The position numbers and the translations under genes were made by a program. From assembly GCA_020026215.1 (NCBI GenBank), contig JAHHQT010000001.1, positions 483 to 64,482 on the forward strand: a stretch of DNA of 64,000 nucleotides. Direction: 5' to 3'. Positions within the stretch are counted from its first letter, which is position 1. The number at the start of each line of letters is the position of its first letter. The stretch comes from Muribaculaceae bacterium (GTDB taxonomy: Bacteria; Bacteroidota; Bacteroidia; Bacteroidales; Muribaculaceae). This document shows positions 1 through 8,374 of this stretch, in pieces. The notes beneath the pieces were generated by a model. The model had not been told where the DNA came from. It worked only from the letters and a program-made list of their open reading frames with translations, and did not search any database.

Positions 1-1
1 C

Positions 2-589
2 TGTCTGTTTTTCATCGCCCAACAAATCATTGACAGCACCATAGTAATTAAACTTGTCAAAGTGATATACCAAACCTGCCGAAAGCGAGCCCTTGGAGAA
101 TTGGTTGCTGAAATTCAGACCTACACGTTCCTCCACGACAAACTGTCTGACGTCAGGCATTCCATCGGGATTGACACTGCCTTTGGTAGAATTATGCTGC
201 AACCACGCACCGAATTTAGTTTTTTCCGTATCCACAAATCGGTAGCCAACCGAACCCACAGCATTGAGGAAATTACCCATGCCGAAGTTGAAATAGCCCG
301 GTTTCTTGTAAAATTTCTGACCGCCCGAATATTGAATCGGTGATTGCGGTACCAATTTCGTTTCGAATTGAGCAGGAACGGTCCAGTCGCTATAAGTCAG
401 ATTTGTCTGTTGTATTTGCACCGGAGCTTCTGCCGGAGTTGTAGCCGGTTTCACCGCCTTGGTCTCTACCGGAACGAAATCTTTTTCAACTACGATAGCC
501 TTCTGCAAGTCCTTTTCCGGCTCTTGTGCAAAGGCAGGAAAGGCAATCAAGGCCAAAGTTGCAATTACGATATATTTCTTAATATTCAT
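2..589 (-). CDS. Secreted, probably outer-membrane beta-barrel protein; N-terminal 196 codons only (runs off the left window edge)
   Basis: Absent from the ORF track because no stop is reached. A minus-strand ATG at 589..587 is followed by 196 stop-free codons down to position 2 (checked codon by codon). Translation starts MNIKKYIVIATLALIAFPAFAQEPEK (Sec signal peptide). Gly/Tyr/Phe-rich stretches follow (GYFNFGMGNFLNAVGSVGYRF). The start lies 2 nt after the TPR gene stop, so the two are probably co-transcribed. Confidence 0.6.
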   Translation of the reverse strand, partial: MNIKKYIVIATLALIAFPAFAQEPEKDLQKAIVVEKDFVPVETKAVKPATTPAEAPVQIQQTNLTYSDWTVPAQFETKLVPQSPIQYSGGQKFYKKPGYFNFGMGNFLNAVGSVGYRFVDTEKTKFGAWLQHNSTKGSVNPDGMPDVRQFVVEERVGLNFSNQFSKGSLSAGLVYHFDKFNYYGAVNDLLGDEKQT

Positions 590-591
590 GA

Positions 592-3573
592 TTATTTTTT
601 CAATGCTTTTAAACGGGTATCAATCATTTCAAAGATGTCGCCTTCATTGCCAGGATAGTTGGCTTTCAAGCTCTCCAAGTATTCACGCGCCTGGAACTTA
701 TCGCCACGCTTCTTGCAAACATCCGACATCAGGATAAACGCACGCGCCATCCAATAGTGATGCGGAGTTCCCGATTCTATGATTTTATTGAGCAGTTTCT
801 CTGAAGAATCATATTTGCCGTCAGAGAAATAAAGTTCAGCCAAACGGAAAGTAGCGGCAGCTCCGAATGAAGACTGCAGGTTGTCCACTTTCTTGTAGTC
901 TGCAATCGCCTCCTGCTTGTCGCCCAAATTTTCGTGAGCCACACCCTTGTAGAAATTGGCCTCTTCTTCAAATTCTTTCGGGCAGTCGCTCATTGCCAAT
1001 AATTCATTGGCATATTTAATAACATTGGAACTGTCTTCCGCATAGTGAGCCACACGAGTCAATCCAGACAAAGCTATACGGCGATTGACCGTAGTAGTTG
1101 CCTTTGCGTGCAATTTCACCAAAGCATCCTTGGCTGCGTCCAAATCCTGCTCGTTCAACAGAATCTCAGCCTTAATCGCCAATGCCGTTTCTGAATAGGA
1201 AGCGTCGGGAGCGGCTTTCAATGCCTCGTTGACATATTTCAACGCATTTTCCACATCTTGTTCACGGTAAGCACTTTCTGCCAAATAGTAGTAGGCTTGT
1301 CCCACTTGTTGTCCATTCGGGAATGCAGACACATACTTTCTCAACTTTTCAGTCACACCGTCAGCCACATAGGCATCTTCGGCTGATTGGAAAGTAAGAC
1401 GGTCCATTTCGTTGGTATCAATTTCAAAGGATGTATCCACACTCTTCATGAATTGCGCAAACTCCTTCAAATTGCCGTCATTGGCATACATCACCTTCAA
1501 GTCCTCGGTAGCCACCTTGCCCTCTTCACTGGAAGGAGACTTGCGAATCAATGACTTGTATTGTTTGCGGGCCTCTTCGCGCTTGCCCTGCACATTCAGC
1601 AACATCGCCAACTGTAATTGTCCCTGACGCGCTTCGACTGTCTTGGGATAGTCATTCATCAAGCGTTCGAATGTATTTTCAGCCGCTGAATTTTTATCCA
1701 AAGCAATATAGGCCTGTGCCTTCTCAAACACGGCTTTCGGTGCATAGATGGAATTAGGATAAGTGCGAACCACTTCATCCATAATTTCAATTTTGTCATT
1801 ATGACGGCGTTGCAAACCGCACATGAAACCTTTCTGATACAAAGCATAATCAGAATTCACCCCACTCATATCCAACTTTTTGGAATAGTAGTATTCAGCT
1901 TTCGCATAGTTTCTACCGTAATAATAGCAGTCACCGATACGGTTATAGGCATCGTTGACATGCGAAGCGTCGAGTTTGTGGGAATATAGCACCTTATTGA
2001 AGGCATCCAAAGCCGATGTGTATTTCTTTTGTTGGAACAAGGCATAACCCAAACCATAGTTTGCCAAAGCCTGATTCAACGAAGCACCGCTTTTCAAATA
2101 GCGGTTATAGTTAGATTGAGATTTGACATAGTCGCGGTTGGCGTAGTAAGTCTCGCCCAACCAGAAAGAAGTTTCATTGGCAATGTGTGTATCATAGCTT
2201 GCCAATTGGTCTGCCTTTTGGAAATAGCCCAAACTGCGTTTGGCATTGCCCGACAAATATTCGCGGACACCTACACGATACAGCAAATTCTGTTTTGCCT
2301 TCAAGATTTTGCCAGACGGATTATTGATTTTGGCAATGGTTGCCAAAGCATTGTCATAATCCTTGCTCGCCATATAGGAATTGATGATATAGTCTTCCAC
2401 GTGTGGCGCATATTGAGAATTTGGGAATTGGTTCAAGAAATCCTCGAAAACCGTTACACTGTTGGAGAACGGTACTCTCGCTCCCTTGCTCTGCATAATC
2501 GCATAGTTGTAGAACGCAGTTTCCTGCACGTCACGGTCGAAATTCATCTTGTACGCCTTCTCAAATGCCATCAGTGCGGCATTTTTGTTTTCAGTCTGCA
2601 AATAAGCCTGACCGATATATAAATAAGCACTTTGTGCCAAAGCATCCTCAACGCCTGTCACTCCGTCCAAACGAGTAACAGCATCGGTATATTCTGCGTT
2701 TCTATAGTGCGCCAGACCCAAGATATAAAGTGAGGTGCGTTGCGGAGCGGTTGTGCAAAGATTCATATATTGGTTCAACATTTCCACCGCACGTGAATTG
2801 TTGCCCAAGTTATATTCGCTTTCTCCCACTACCCTGTGCAATTCGGCTTTCATCTCCTGCGGAAAGTCCACATTCAACAATGAATTACCGATAGAAACGG
2901 CAGTAGAATAGTCCTGGTCCTCGAAACGGATTTGACAGATATAATAGCGTGCCTCATTCTTCAACACACTTGTATTGGAAATACGGTTAAAGCCTTCTTC
3001 CGCACTGGCATAGTCTCCTTTGATATAACTTATATAGGCAGCATAGAATACAGCAGATTCCCTGTATTTACGACTGCCTTTCAATTTGTTGAAACCCTCT
3101 TGTGCCTTGTCGAATTCAGCCAGTTTCAAATAGCAGAACGCACGGCGGTAAATCAACTCGTCGGATGATTTCGGGATAAACGTATCGTCAGCCACCTTGT
3201 TGAAAGCGTTGATGGCATCGCCATATTTCTGATTGATGAAATAATAATCACCTATTGCAAACCATGTTTCGCAACGGCGTGCAGAACCCGGATGCGACAC
3301 GATAAAATTGTGCAATGCTTTCAAACAATCGGCATCCCCACGCTTGTATTTTGAAAGAGCGATGTAATAGTCTGCCTCTTCCTGCACCCCAACTTGTGGG
3401 GCGATTTGTTTCAAAACAGTCAATTGGTCGATACAGCCGCTATAGTTCTTGTCTTCAAACATGGAAAGGCCACGGGACAAATAGCCGTCAGCATCGCTTG
3501 AGCTCAACGGCAGCTGTGCATTCGCCATTAAAGCCGACGCCAAACCCAATATTATTAAATATGATTTTTTCAT
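592..3573 (-). CDS. Large TPR-repeat protein with Sec signal peptide
   Basis: The ORF is about 1000 codons. The ATG at 3573 gives MKKSYLIILGLASALMANAQ (signal peptide, no lipobox Cys); the track start at 3594 is a TTG. The body is a continuous array of about 34-aa helical repeats rich in A/Y/L (YYIALSKYKRGD, AYLYIGQAYLQ, AYYYLAESAYRE). Confidence 0.85.
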   Translation of the reverse strand: MKKSYLIILGLASALMANAQLPLSSSDADGYLSRGLSMFEDKNYSGCIDQLTVLKQIAPQVGVQEEADYYIALSKYKRGDADCLKALHNFIVSHPGSARRCETWFAIGDYYFINQKYGDAINAFNKVADDTFIPKSSDELIYRRAFCYLKLAEFDKAQEGFNKLKGSRKYRESAVFYAAYISYIKGDYASAEEGFNRISNTSVLKNEARYYICQIRFEDQDYSTAVSIGNSLLNVDFPQEMKAELHRVVGESEYNLGNNSRAVEMLNQYMNLCTTAPQRTSLYILGLAHYRNAEYTDAVTRLDGVTGVEDALAQSAYLYIGQAYLQTENKNAALMAFEKAYKMNFDRDVQETAFYNYAIMQSKGARVPFSNSVTVFEDFLNQFPNSQYAPHVEDYIINSYMASKDYDNALATIAKINNPSGKILKAKQNLLYRVGVREYLSGNAKRSLGYFQKADQLASYDTHIANETSFWLGETYYANRDYVKSQSNYNRYLKSGASLNQALANYGLGYALFQQKKYTSALDAFNKVLYSHKLDASHVNDAYNRIGDCYYYGRNYAKAEYYYSKKLDMSGVNSDYALYQKGFMCGLQRRHNDKIEIMDEVVRTYPNSIYAPKAVFEKAQAYIALDKNSAAENTFERLMNDYPKTVEARQGQLQLAMLLNVQGKREEARKQYKSLIRKSPSSEEGKVATEDLKVMYANDGNLKEFAQFMKSVDTSFEIDTNEMDRLTFQSAEDAYVADGVTEKLRKYVSAFPNGQQVGQAYYYLAESAYREQDVENALKYVNEALKAAPDASYSETALAIKAEILLNEQDLDAAKDALVKLHAKATTTVNRRIALSGLTRVAHYAEDSSNVIKYANELLAMSDCPKEFEEEANFYKGVAHENLGDKQEAIADYKKVDNLQSSFGAAATFRLAELYFSDGKYDSSEKLLNKIIESGTPHHYWMARAFILMSDVCKKRGDKFQAREYLESLKANYPGNEGDIFEMIDTRLKALKK

Positions 3574-3624
3574 CTTGTTGTATTTTTCTTTCAAAAGGAT
3601 AACGAAAAAGGAACAGAAAAAGTT

Positions 3625-4617
3625 CTATTTTCTGTCTCTTAAAGCGTAAGTACGTTCACGGAGCATTTTGCCAAAGTCTTCAAGGTTCTCGATACTTTTC
3701 TGCTCTTCTGGAGTAATGATGTCACCAATGGAAATGTGATAGGTAGTATCATAGTGACTGAACACTTCCGACGGCAAACGCACTGTTCGAAGTTGCCAGC
3801 AAACCACGCCCAAAAAATTGAACAGCCAACTGTTTCTGCCATGGAAATAGACAGGGATGACAGGCACGTTCAATTGTTTGATCAAACGAATGATGTTCGG
3901 TTGCCATTCACGGTCTTCCAAACGCATGTGACGGTTGTATTTCGACATCGCACCTGCGGGGAAGAATCCAAGAGGATGACCTTTTTTCACATGAATCATG
4001 GCCTCCTTGATACCTTTCATCGTAGCGGCACGCTTTTCAGGATTGTCCGATGCCATAGGATCAACGGCAATGAAATTAGGGCGCATACCACGAATGGCAT
4101 TCAGAATCATGTTCACCATCACTTTGTAGTCCTTGCGACGAGAGGCAATCACGTCAATCAGCATGATACCGTCAATTGCACCGAACGGGTGGTTGGAAAC
4201 TGTAATAAATGCTCCTTCAGGAAGATTTTCAAGCACTGATGCACCGTCTATACGTTCATTGATACGGAAATCGTCCAACAAGCCACGCACGAAACGCGGT
4301 CCCGGAGTATCCAAGTTTCTGTGATGAAAATAGTTGACATTACTGATTTTCAAGAACTTCAAAACGGAATTCACCAATTTTTTCTTACCGTCTAATTTCG
4401 GCACCATTCTGCGCACGTCCTCATAGTCAATGACCGTACGTTTTGTCGCCTCGTCAACACCGTCCCATTCAGGAGCTACGCCTGTAATGTGACCATGTTT
4501 GTCCATACCGGGGCCGAAACGATGGGGATTTTCTGCAGTTGGTTTTTCCGGAGCAGGCTCCCAATTGACCAACAATTCGTTTTTTTCTTTATCTAATATT
4601 GAGCTCATTTTATGCAT
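3625..4617 (-). CDS. PlsC/LPLAT-family lysophospholipid (1-acyl-glycerol-3-phosphate-type) acyltransferase
   Basis: Carries the HX4D acyltransferase block VSNHPFGAIDG and a downstream LGFFPAGAMS block. The track start at 4632 is a TTG lying inside a -7 box (4630..4637). The first ATG after that box is 4617 (MHKMSSILDKEK); 4608 is an alternative. Confidence 0.8.
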   Translation of the reverse strand: MHKMSSILDKEKNELLVNWEPAPEKPTAENPHRFGPGMDKHGHITGVAPEWDGVDEATKRTVIDYEDVRRMVPKLDGKKKLVNSVLKFLKISNVNYFHHRNLDTPGPRFVRGLLDDFRINERIDGASVLENLPEGAFITVSNHPFGAIDGIMLIDVIASRRKDYKVMVNMILNAIRGMRPNFIAVDPMASDNPEKRAATMKGIKEAMIHVKKGHPLGFFPAGAMSKYNRHMRLEDREWQPNIIRLIKQLNVPVIPVYFHGRNSWLFNFLGVVCWQLRTVRLPSEVFSHYDTTYHISIGDIITPEEQKSIENLEDFGKMLRERTYALRDRK

Positions 4618-4629
4618 ATTGTATAGTCG

Positions 4630-4637
4630 CAAATTTA
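4630..4637 (-). promoter_or_regulatory. Bacteroidota -7 promoter box (TAAATTTG on the minus strand)
   Basis: CAAATTTA on the plus strand is TAAATTTG (TAnnTTTG consensus) on the minus strand. It lies 12 nt upstream of the ATG at 4617. Confidence 0.45.
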
Positions 4638-4753
4638 CGAATTTATCAATTTATATCAAAATCATAGTCTGTAGAATAGGCTGATAAGGAAACAAATTCC
4701 CTCAAATCTGCCAATGCCTGATTTTTAGTTCACAATATCCCCTAAATACTGAT

Positions 4754-4761
4754 TATTTTTG
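4754..4761 (+). promoter_or_regulatory. Bacteroidota -7 promoter box TATTTTTG
   Basis: Matches TAnnTTTG, 39 nt upstream of the ATG at 4800. Confidence 0.4.
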
Positions 4762-4799
4762 TTAATATTGTACTCCGAAAGACTTAATTCTACCGATTT

Positions 4800-5042
4800 A
4801 TGAAAATTACTAAAAAATCAGCCATCACATTTGTCTGCTACATGCTGCTCTACGGAATAGCATTCTGCTTGATTTGTCTGATTATGGACTTGGTGCTCGG
4901 CGATCCTACCCCATGGCAAAGCTATCTGGCTCAGGGTGCAATATTCGGTATCATCATGGCATTTGTACAGAAATGGCAAGACCAATTGAAACAGCAGAAA
5001 AAATTGGCGAAGAAAAGTAGAAAGAAAAACAAGAAACAATAA
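4800..5042 (+). CDS. Small two-TM membrane protein with Lys-rich tail (unknown function)
   Basis: 80 aa with two hydrophobic helices (ITFVCYMLLYGIAFCLICLIM and GAIFGIIMAFV). The C-terminus is KQQKKLAKKSRKKNKKQ. A paralogue follows immediately downstream. Confidence 0.6.
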   Translation: MKITKKSAITFVCYMLLYGIAFCLICLIMDLVLGDPTPWQSYLAQGAIFGIIMAFVQKWQDQLKQQKKLAKKSRKKNKKQ

Positions 5043-5054
5043 TTTCCCCTACGC

Positions 5055-5279
5055 ATGATAAAAATAACAAAGAAAAAAGTTCTATTTTTCATAGGTTACG
5101 CAGTGCTCTACGGAGTCATATTCTTCATCATCGGTGAAGCCATCAACTGGCTGACCGACAATCCCGATATTCCTTGGACAAGAAATGTCATACAAGGCAT
5201 ATTTTTCGGTATTTTAATGGCAATTTATCACTCATGGGTCAACTCCCGCAAGGAGAAAGCATCCAACAAGAAAGACTGA
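5055..5279 (+). CDS. Small two-TM membrane protein, paralogue of 4800..5042
   Basis: 74 aa. MIKITKKKVLFFIGYAVLYGVIFFII aligns with MKITKKSAITFVCYMLLYGIAFCL. Both share PW...QG..FGI.MA. The gap between the two genes is 12 nt. Confidence 0.6.
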   Translation: MIKITKKKVLFFIGYAVLYGVIFFIIGEAINWLTDNPDIPWTRNVIQGIFFGILMAIYHSWVNSRKEKASNKKD

Positions 5280-5449
5280 TTACCACTGCAACCCCTCATG
5301 CAGAACATCTCCTGCATAAGTGGCTTTCTTCATGGGCGTTTCCTCATCACTGAAAAGACGAAACATTTGAGAATCCGTCAAATGCGCACGATGATTGGAG
5401 CTTGGTGTGCAAGCTACGCCCAATAGCAGGCTGAGAGTCAAAAATAACA

Positions 5450-5481
5450 AAGGAGGGAAACCGTTGTCGGCTTCCCTCCTT
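5450..5481. terminator. Bidirectional hairpin terminator
   Basis: AAGGAGGGAA (5450..5459) pairs with TTCCCTCCTT (5472..5481). An A-run lies upstream and T-rich sequence downstream. It sits between convergent genes. Confidence 0.6.
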
Positions 5482-5504
5482 TAAATTATTTAATTTGAAG
5501 AAAT

Positions 5505-8027
5505 TTATTTTACTGCAACTTTAAATACGTCAGTACCTACTTTCACGATGTAAAGTCCGGCATTGACAGGTAGTTCAGCTTCGCCTTCTACAGCATCTGC
5601 AACCACCACTTGACCTGCCATATTGAAGACTGCAACATCAGCAGCTTGTGGAGCTACCACCTTGATTGCACCGTCCAAACCTACTACAGCAACGGCTGAT
5701 GTTTCAAACTCTTCCACACCTGCCACCAAGTTGAAGGTATAGTTAGTCATTTCAGAAGCACCTGTTTTGTAGATAGCCTTAATACCGATAGTGTGAGAGC
5801 CTGCGCTCAAACCTTTAAAGTTATAGTTGGATTCCTTAGTCTTGCCCAACAAAGCATTATCCAAATAAACTTCGTATTCCAACACATTGCCCACTTTAGC
5901 ACTTGCTTCGTTCTTCGGACCTACATAGAACACGTCCATTTGAGCCAAGAATGCGTCGGTAGAAACATAGTGAATACCGATATAAATTTTTTGGTCTTTA
6001 TAGGCTGACAAATCCAATTCATATTCTGTCCATTGGGTATCCAATGTGATGCGGTCCATCTTGACAAAGTTTTCGATAGCGTCATCTTCTGTTGAAACGC
6101 AAACTTCGATAATTTCAGGGAATGAAGCATAAGCCTTGGCAACAAACTTAACGACATAGTCAGCATTGATATGTTGTTGTGGAGAAATCAACCATTTGTC
6201 TGATCGAGTTTGCATTGTTGAGAAGAAAGCAATGGTCTTGTTTCCTTCCGGTGCCATGATTGCAGGATCGGCAGGAGCCATAGCCGGAACTGTCTTATAT
6301 GGATTGAATACCATTGGAGCAATCGGTGTCGGTGATGTTTGTGTACCCGAGCCCGGGAATGAAACCACATTGGTTATATCACCCAAGGCGATAGGATAAA
6401 CAGGCATCTTGTCCACGTCGATTGAACGCCATCCGCCGAATGAACCTGTTGCAAAGTCAGGCATAGATTCGAAACCTTCTGTATAGCCCAAATCCTTGTT
6501 CCAAGAAGCGGCAACATCAAATGTACCTGCTGCGTTTTCAGTGGAATTGATAGTAATATTTGACGGATTGAAGATGATTTCCTTCAAAACAATATCCATT
6601 GTTTTCTTGCCTGTAAATTCTACAGTTTGGTTGTATTCTTCAAACGCATCCGACTTGATGTTGAGAAGATAAGTACCGAATGGCAATGAAGGCAGAACTA
6701 CAGCACCGTTTGTGATTGGGAAATTATAGGCTTCACCGCTTGTCTTTTCAATCATAGATAATGTCAAGCCATTGATGACTTCGTCATTGTTGGCTGTAAC
6801 GTTCATTCTCAATTCTGCATAGTCAGCAGAAACAGTAACAGGCAATGACACAATTTCAGTCTCAGCAGTAGCATAAACCGCTTTCACACCGACAGTGTGG
6901 TTTCCTGCAGGCACATCAAAGAATACATATTGAGGTTCTTTGACTGTGCTGTATTTTTTACCGTCCAAATAAACTTCAAACGATTCATTGGCATTAGCAG
7001 CCTTGACTGCACGTCTTGCCATATTTTTATTCAATGGTTTTTCAACTTGTCCGATAAAGAAATCGTCCACCATCAACATAAATGCGCCATAACGGGCAGC
7101 CTCGCTCATATAGTGGATGGCAATCTTCACATTTTGACCTACATAGGCTGACAAGTCGTATTCTTTCTTGACCCATTGTTCGTAAGTGACAGTTTCGTAG
7201 TTACCTGAAGAAAGGGCAACGAAATCATTGACTGTCGGGTTTTCTGCATTGGTGATGCATACTTCGAAGCGTTCTGGCCAACGGTCTCCCGCTTTTGCCA
7301 TAAATGAAACGACGTTCTCATTACCGATAGTCACCATTGGAGAAATCAACCAGTCATCATTGGCTTCCCCTGAATTTGTGCGGATAAAGCCTACATATTG
7401 TTGACCGCCGAACGGACGCAATACAGGGTATTCATACCACCAAACAGGGTCAACTTTCAACGGGCTGATGATTTGCGCATATTGGAAACCGCCACGGTTA
7501 GAATAGTCGCCTGCCAAAGCCGCTGTAGCCAGTTGGTCGCCGTCAATACCTGTCCATTGTCCAAAATTGATAGCCCATGCGTTGTGGCTTTCAAAGTCAT
7601 CAAAGAACACAGGTTCTTCCTTGTTCCAAGAGAAGTGAATATCGTTTTTACCGCTCATGATATCGTGAGTGGTTTTTGCTTTCAAAGCGAATGGCACACG
7701 CACAGCCTCCTCCAATTCAATATTCAACTGTTTTCCTGCTGTGGTAACTTCAAAATCAGCCTCATAGGTATTCAAGCCTGCTTTGGCGATTTTGATGTGG
7801 TGAGGACCGGCATAAACCTTTGTGGAAAATTTGCCTTGTGCATCCAATACTGTGCCCGGATAGGACAGACTATAGTCGGTATGCATAAGTTCAAAAGCGA
7901 CTCCTGAAAGAGATTCGCCATTCTTAGCTGTAACTGTAATATCAAGTTGGCAGTTCATGCTTTGAGCAAAAGCTGTAAAACTTAACGAGATAATCAGTAG
8001 AAACAATAAACTGGACAATTTCTTCAT
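5505..8027 (-). CDS. T9SS-sorted multidomain surface protein (two adhesin-like DDWLISP/DKWLISP modules, carboxypeptidase-regulatory-like domains, type-A CTD)
   Basis: The ATG at 8027 gives MKKLSSLLFLLIISLSFTAFAQS; the track start at 8069 is a TTG. An internal duplication matches aa 155-413 to aa 529-781 (track numbering). Each copy has F(D/E)xF/GFES...W, D(D/K)WLISP, EVC(I/V), L(D)LSAY...I(A/G)IHY, then (F/Y)EVYLD...G.HT.G.KA.Y. The C-terminus VFNMAGQVVV...AGLYIVKVGTDVFKVAVK resembles a T9SS CTD. Confidence 0.85.
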   Translation of the reverse strand: MKKLSSLLFLLIISLSFTAFAQSMNCQLDITVTAKNGESLSGVAFELMHTDYSLSYPGTVLDAQGKFSTKVYAGPHHIKIAKAGLNTYEADFEVTTAGKQLNIELEEAVRVPFALKAKTTHDIMSGKNDIHFSWNKEEPVFFDDFESHNAWAINFGQWTGIDGDQLATAALAGDYSNRGGFQYAQIISPLKVDPVWWYEYPVLRPFGGQQYVGFIRTNSGEANDDWLISPMVTIGNENVVSFMAKAGDRWPERFEVCITNAENPTVNDFVALSSGNYETVTYEQWVKKEYDLSAYVGQNVKIAIHYMSEAARYGAFMLMVDDFFIGQVEKPLNKNMARRAVKAANANESFEVYLDGKKYSTVKEPQYVFFDVPAGNHTVGVKAVYATAETEIVSLPVTVSADYAELRMNVTANNDEVINGLTLSMIEKTSGEAYNFPITNGAVVLPSLPFGTYLLNIKSDAFEEYNQTVEFTGKKTMDIVLKEIIFNPSNITINSTENAAGTFDVAASWNKDLGYTEGFESMPDFATGSFGGWRSIDVDKMPVYPIALGDITNVVSFPGSGTQTSPTPIAPMVFNPYKTVPAMAPADPAIMAPEGNKTIAFFSTMQTRSDKWLISPQQHINADYVVKFVAKAYASFPEIIEVCVSTEDDAIENFVKMDRITLDTQWTEYELDLSAYKDQKIYIGIHYVSTDAFLAQMDVFYVGPKNEASAKVGNVLEYEVYLDNALLGKTKESNYNFKGLSAGSHTIGIKAIYKTGASEMTNYTFNLVAGVEEFETSAVAVVGLDGAIKVVAPQAADVAVFNMAGQVVVADAVEGEAELPVNAGLYIVKVGTDVFKVAVK

Positions 8028-8161
8028 TTGTTTTATGTTTTTTAAGAAATGAGATTGTTGAAAACCCAAGTTTCAAGCAATCGATTTCAAGGTTTGATTA
8101 AATTCTATGTTAGTAAATCTCCAACCATGCACCGTTTGAACATTACGGTTAAAGACAGATG

Positions 8162-8169
8162 CAAAGTTA
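8162..8169 (-). promoter_or_regulatory. -7 promoter box (TAACTTTG on the minus strand)
   Basis: CAAAGTTA on the plus strand, 135 nt upstream of the ATG at 8027 and downstream of the 8305..8340 terminator. Confidence 0.35.
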
Positions 8170-8304
8170 TAAATATTTACAAGTTCTGCAATGAATAATA
8201 TAAGAAAAAGACACTATTATATTAACATCTATAAGTTTTTCAATGCAATTCATTTATCAAGTCAATATCTGCACAGCGTATTTTTCATATATTACGGCAC
8301 AAAA

Positions 8305-8340
8305 AGAGAATGTTTGGAACTCGCATTCCAAACATTCTCT
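8305..8340 (-). terminator. Rho-independent terminator of the 8375..11431 gene
   Basis: A perfect 15-bp stem: AGAGAATGTTTGGAA (8305..8319) pairs with TTCCAAACATTCTCT (8326..8340). A T-run follows on the minus strand. Confidence 0.8.
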
Positions 8341-8374
8341 TTTATAGGATCAGGGGGTGTTCCCTGTTCAGTAA

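Noticed and set aside
62-737. Plus-strand ORFs at the left edge of the window (62..343, 344..658, 459..737).
   Set aside because: They overlap a 196-codon stop-free minus-strand frame that has a proper signal peptide and operon context (2..589), and the end of the TPR gene. The plus-strand translations look non-protein-like.
2029-2622. Long ORFs antisense to confidently called genes. Examples: 2029..2622, 3736..4239, 7398..7907, 10158..10454, 22633..23133, 40103..40477, 53331..53819, 58409..58996, 60625..61014, 62336..62779, 63443..63940.
   Set aside because: Each lies entirely inside a longer ORF on the opposite strand that has clear family motifs. Their translations are low-complexity or oddly composed (rich in C/H/R/F). 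They have no promoter or terminator context. These are typical shadow ORFs.
592-3573. The 1000-aa TPR protein as the T9SS component PorW/SprE.
   Set aside because: PorW/SprE proteins are lipoproteins. This signal peptide (MKKSYLIILGLASALMANAQ) has no lipobox cysteine, and I cannot establish orthology from TPR repeats alone. I left it as a generic TPR protein.
5281-5449. Minus-strand frame encoding a lipoprotein-like signal (LLFLTLSLLLGVAC TPSS...) between the small membrane-protein pair and the terminator.
   Set aside because: There is no ATG. The only possible starts are TTG codons lying inside the T-run of the upstream gene's terminator, and there is no promoter. The only ATG-initiated piece is 28 codons. 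It is probably a decayed remnant or chance.
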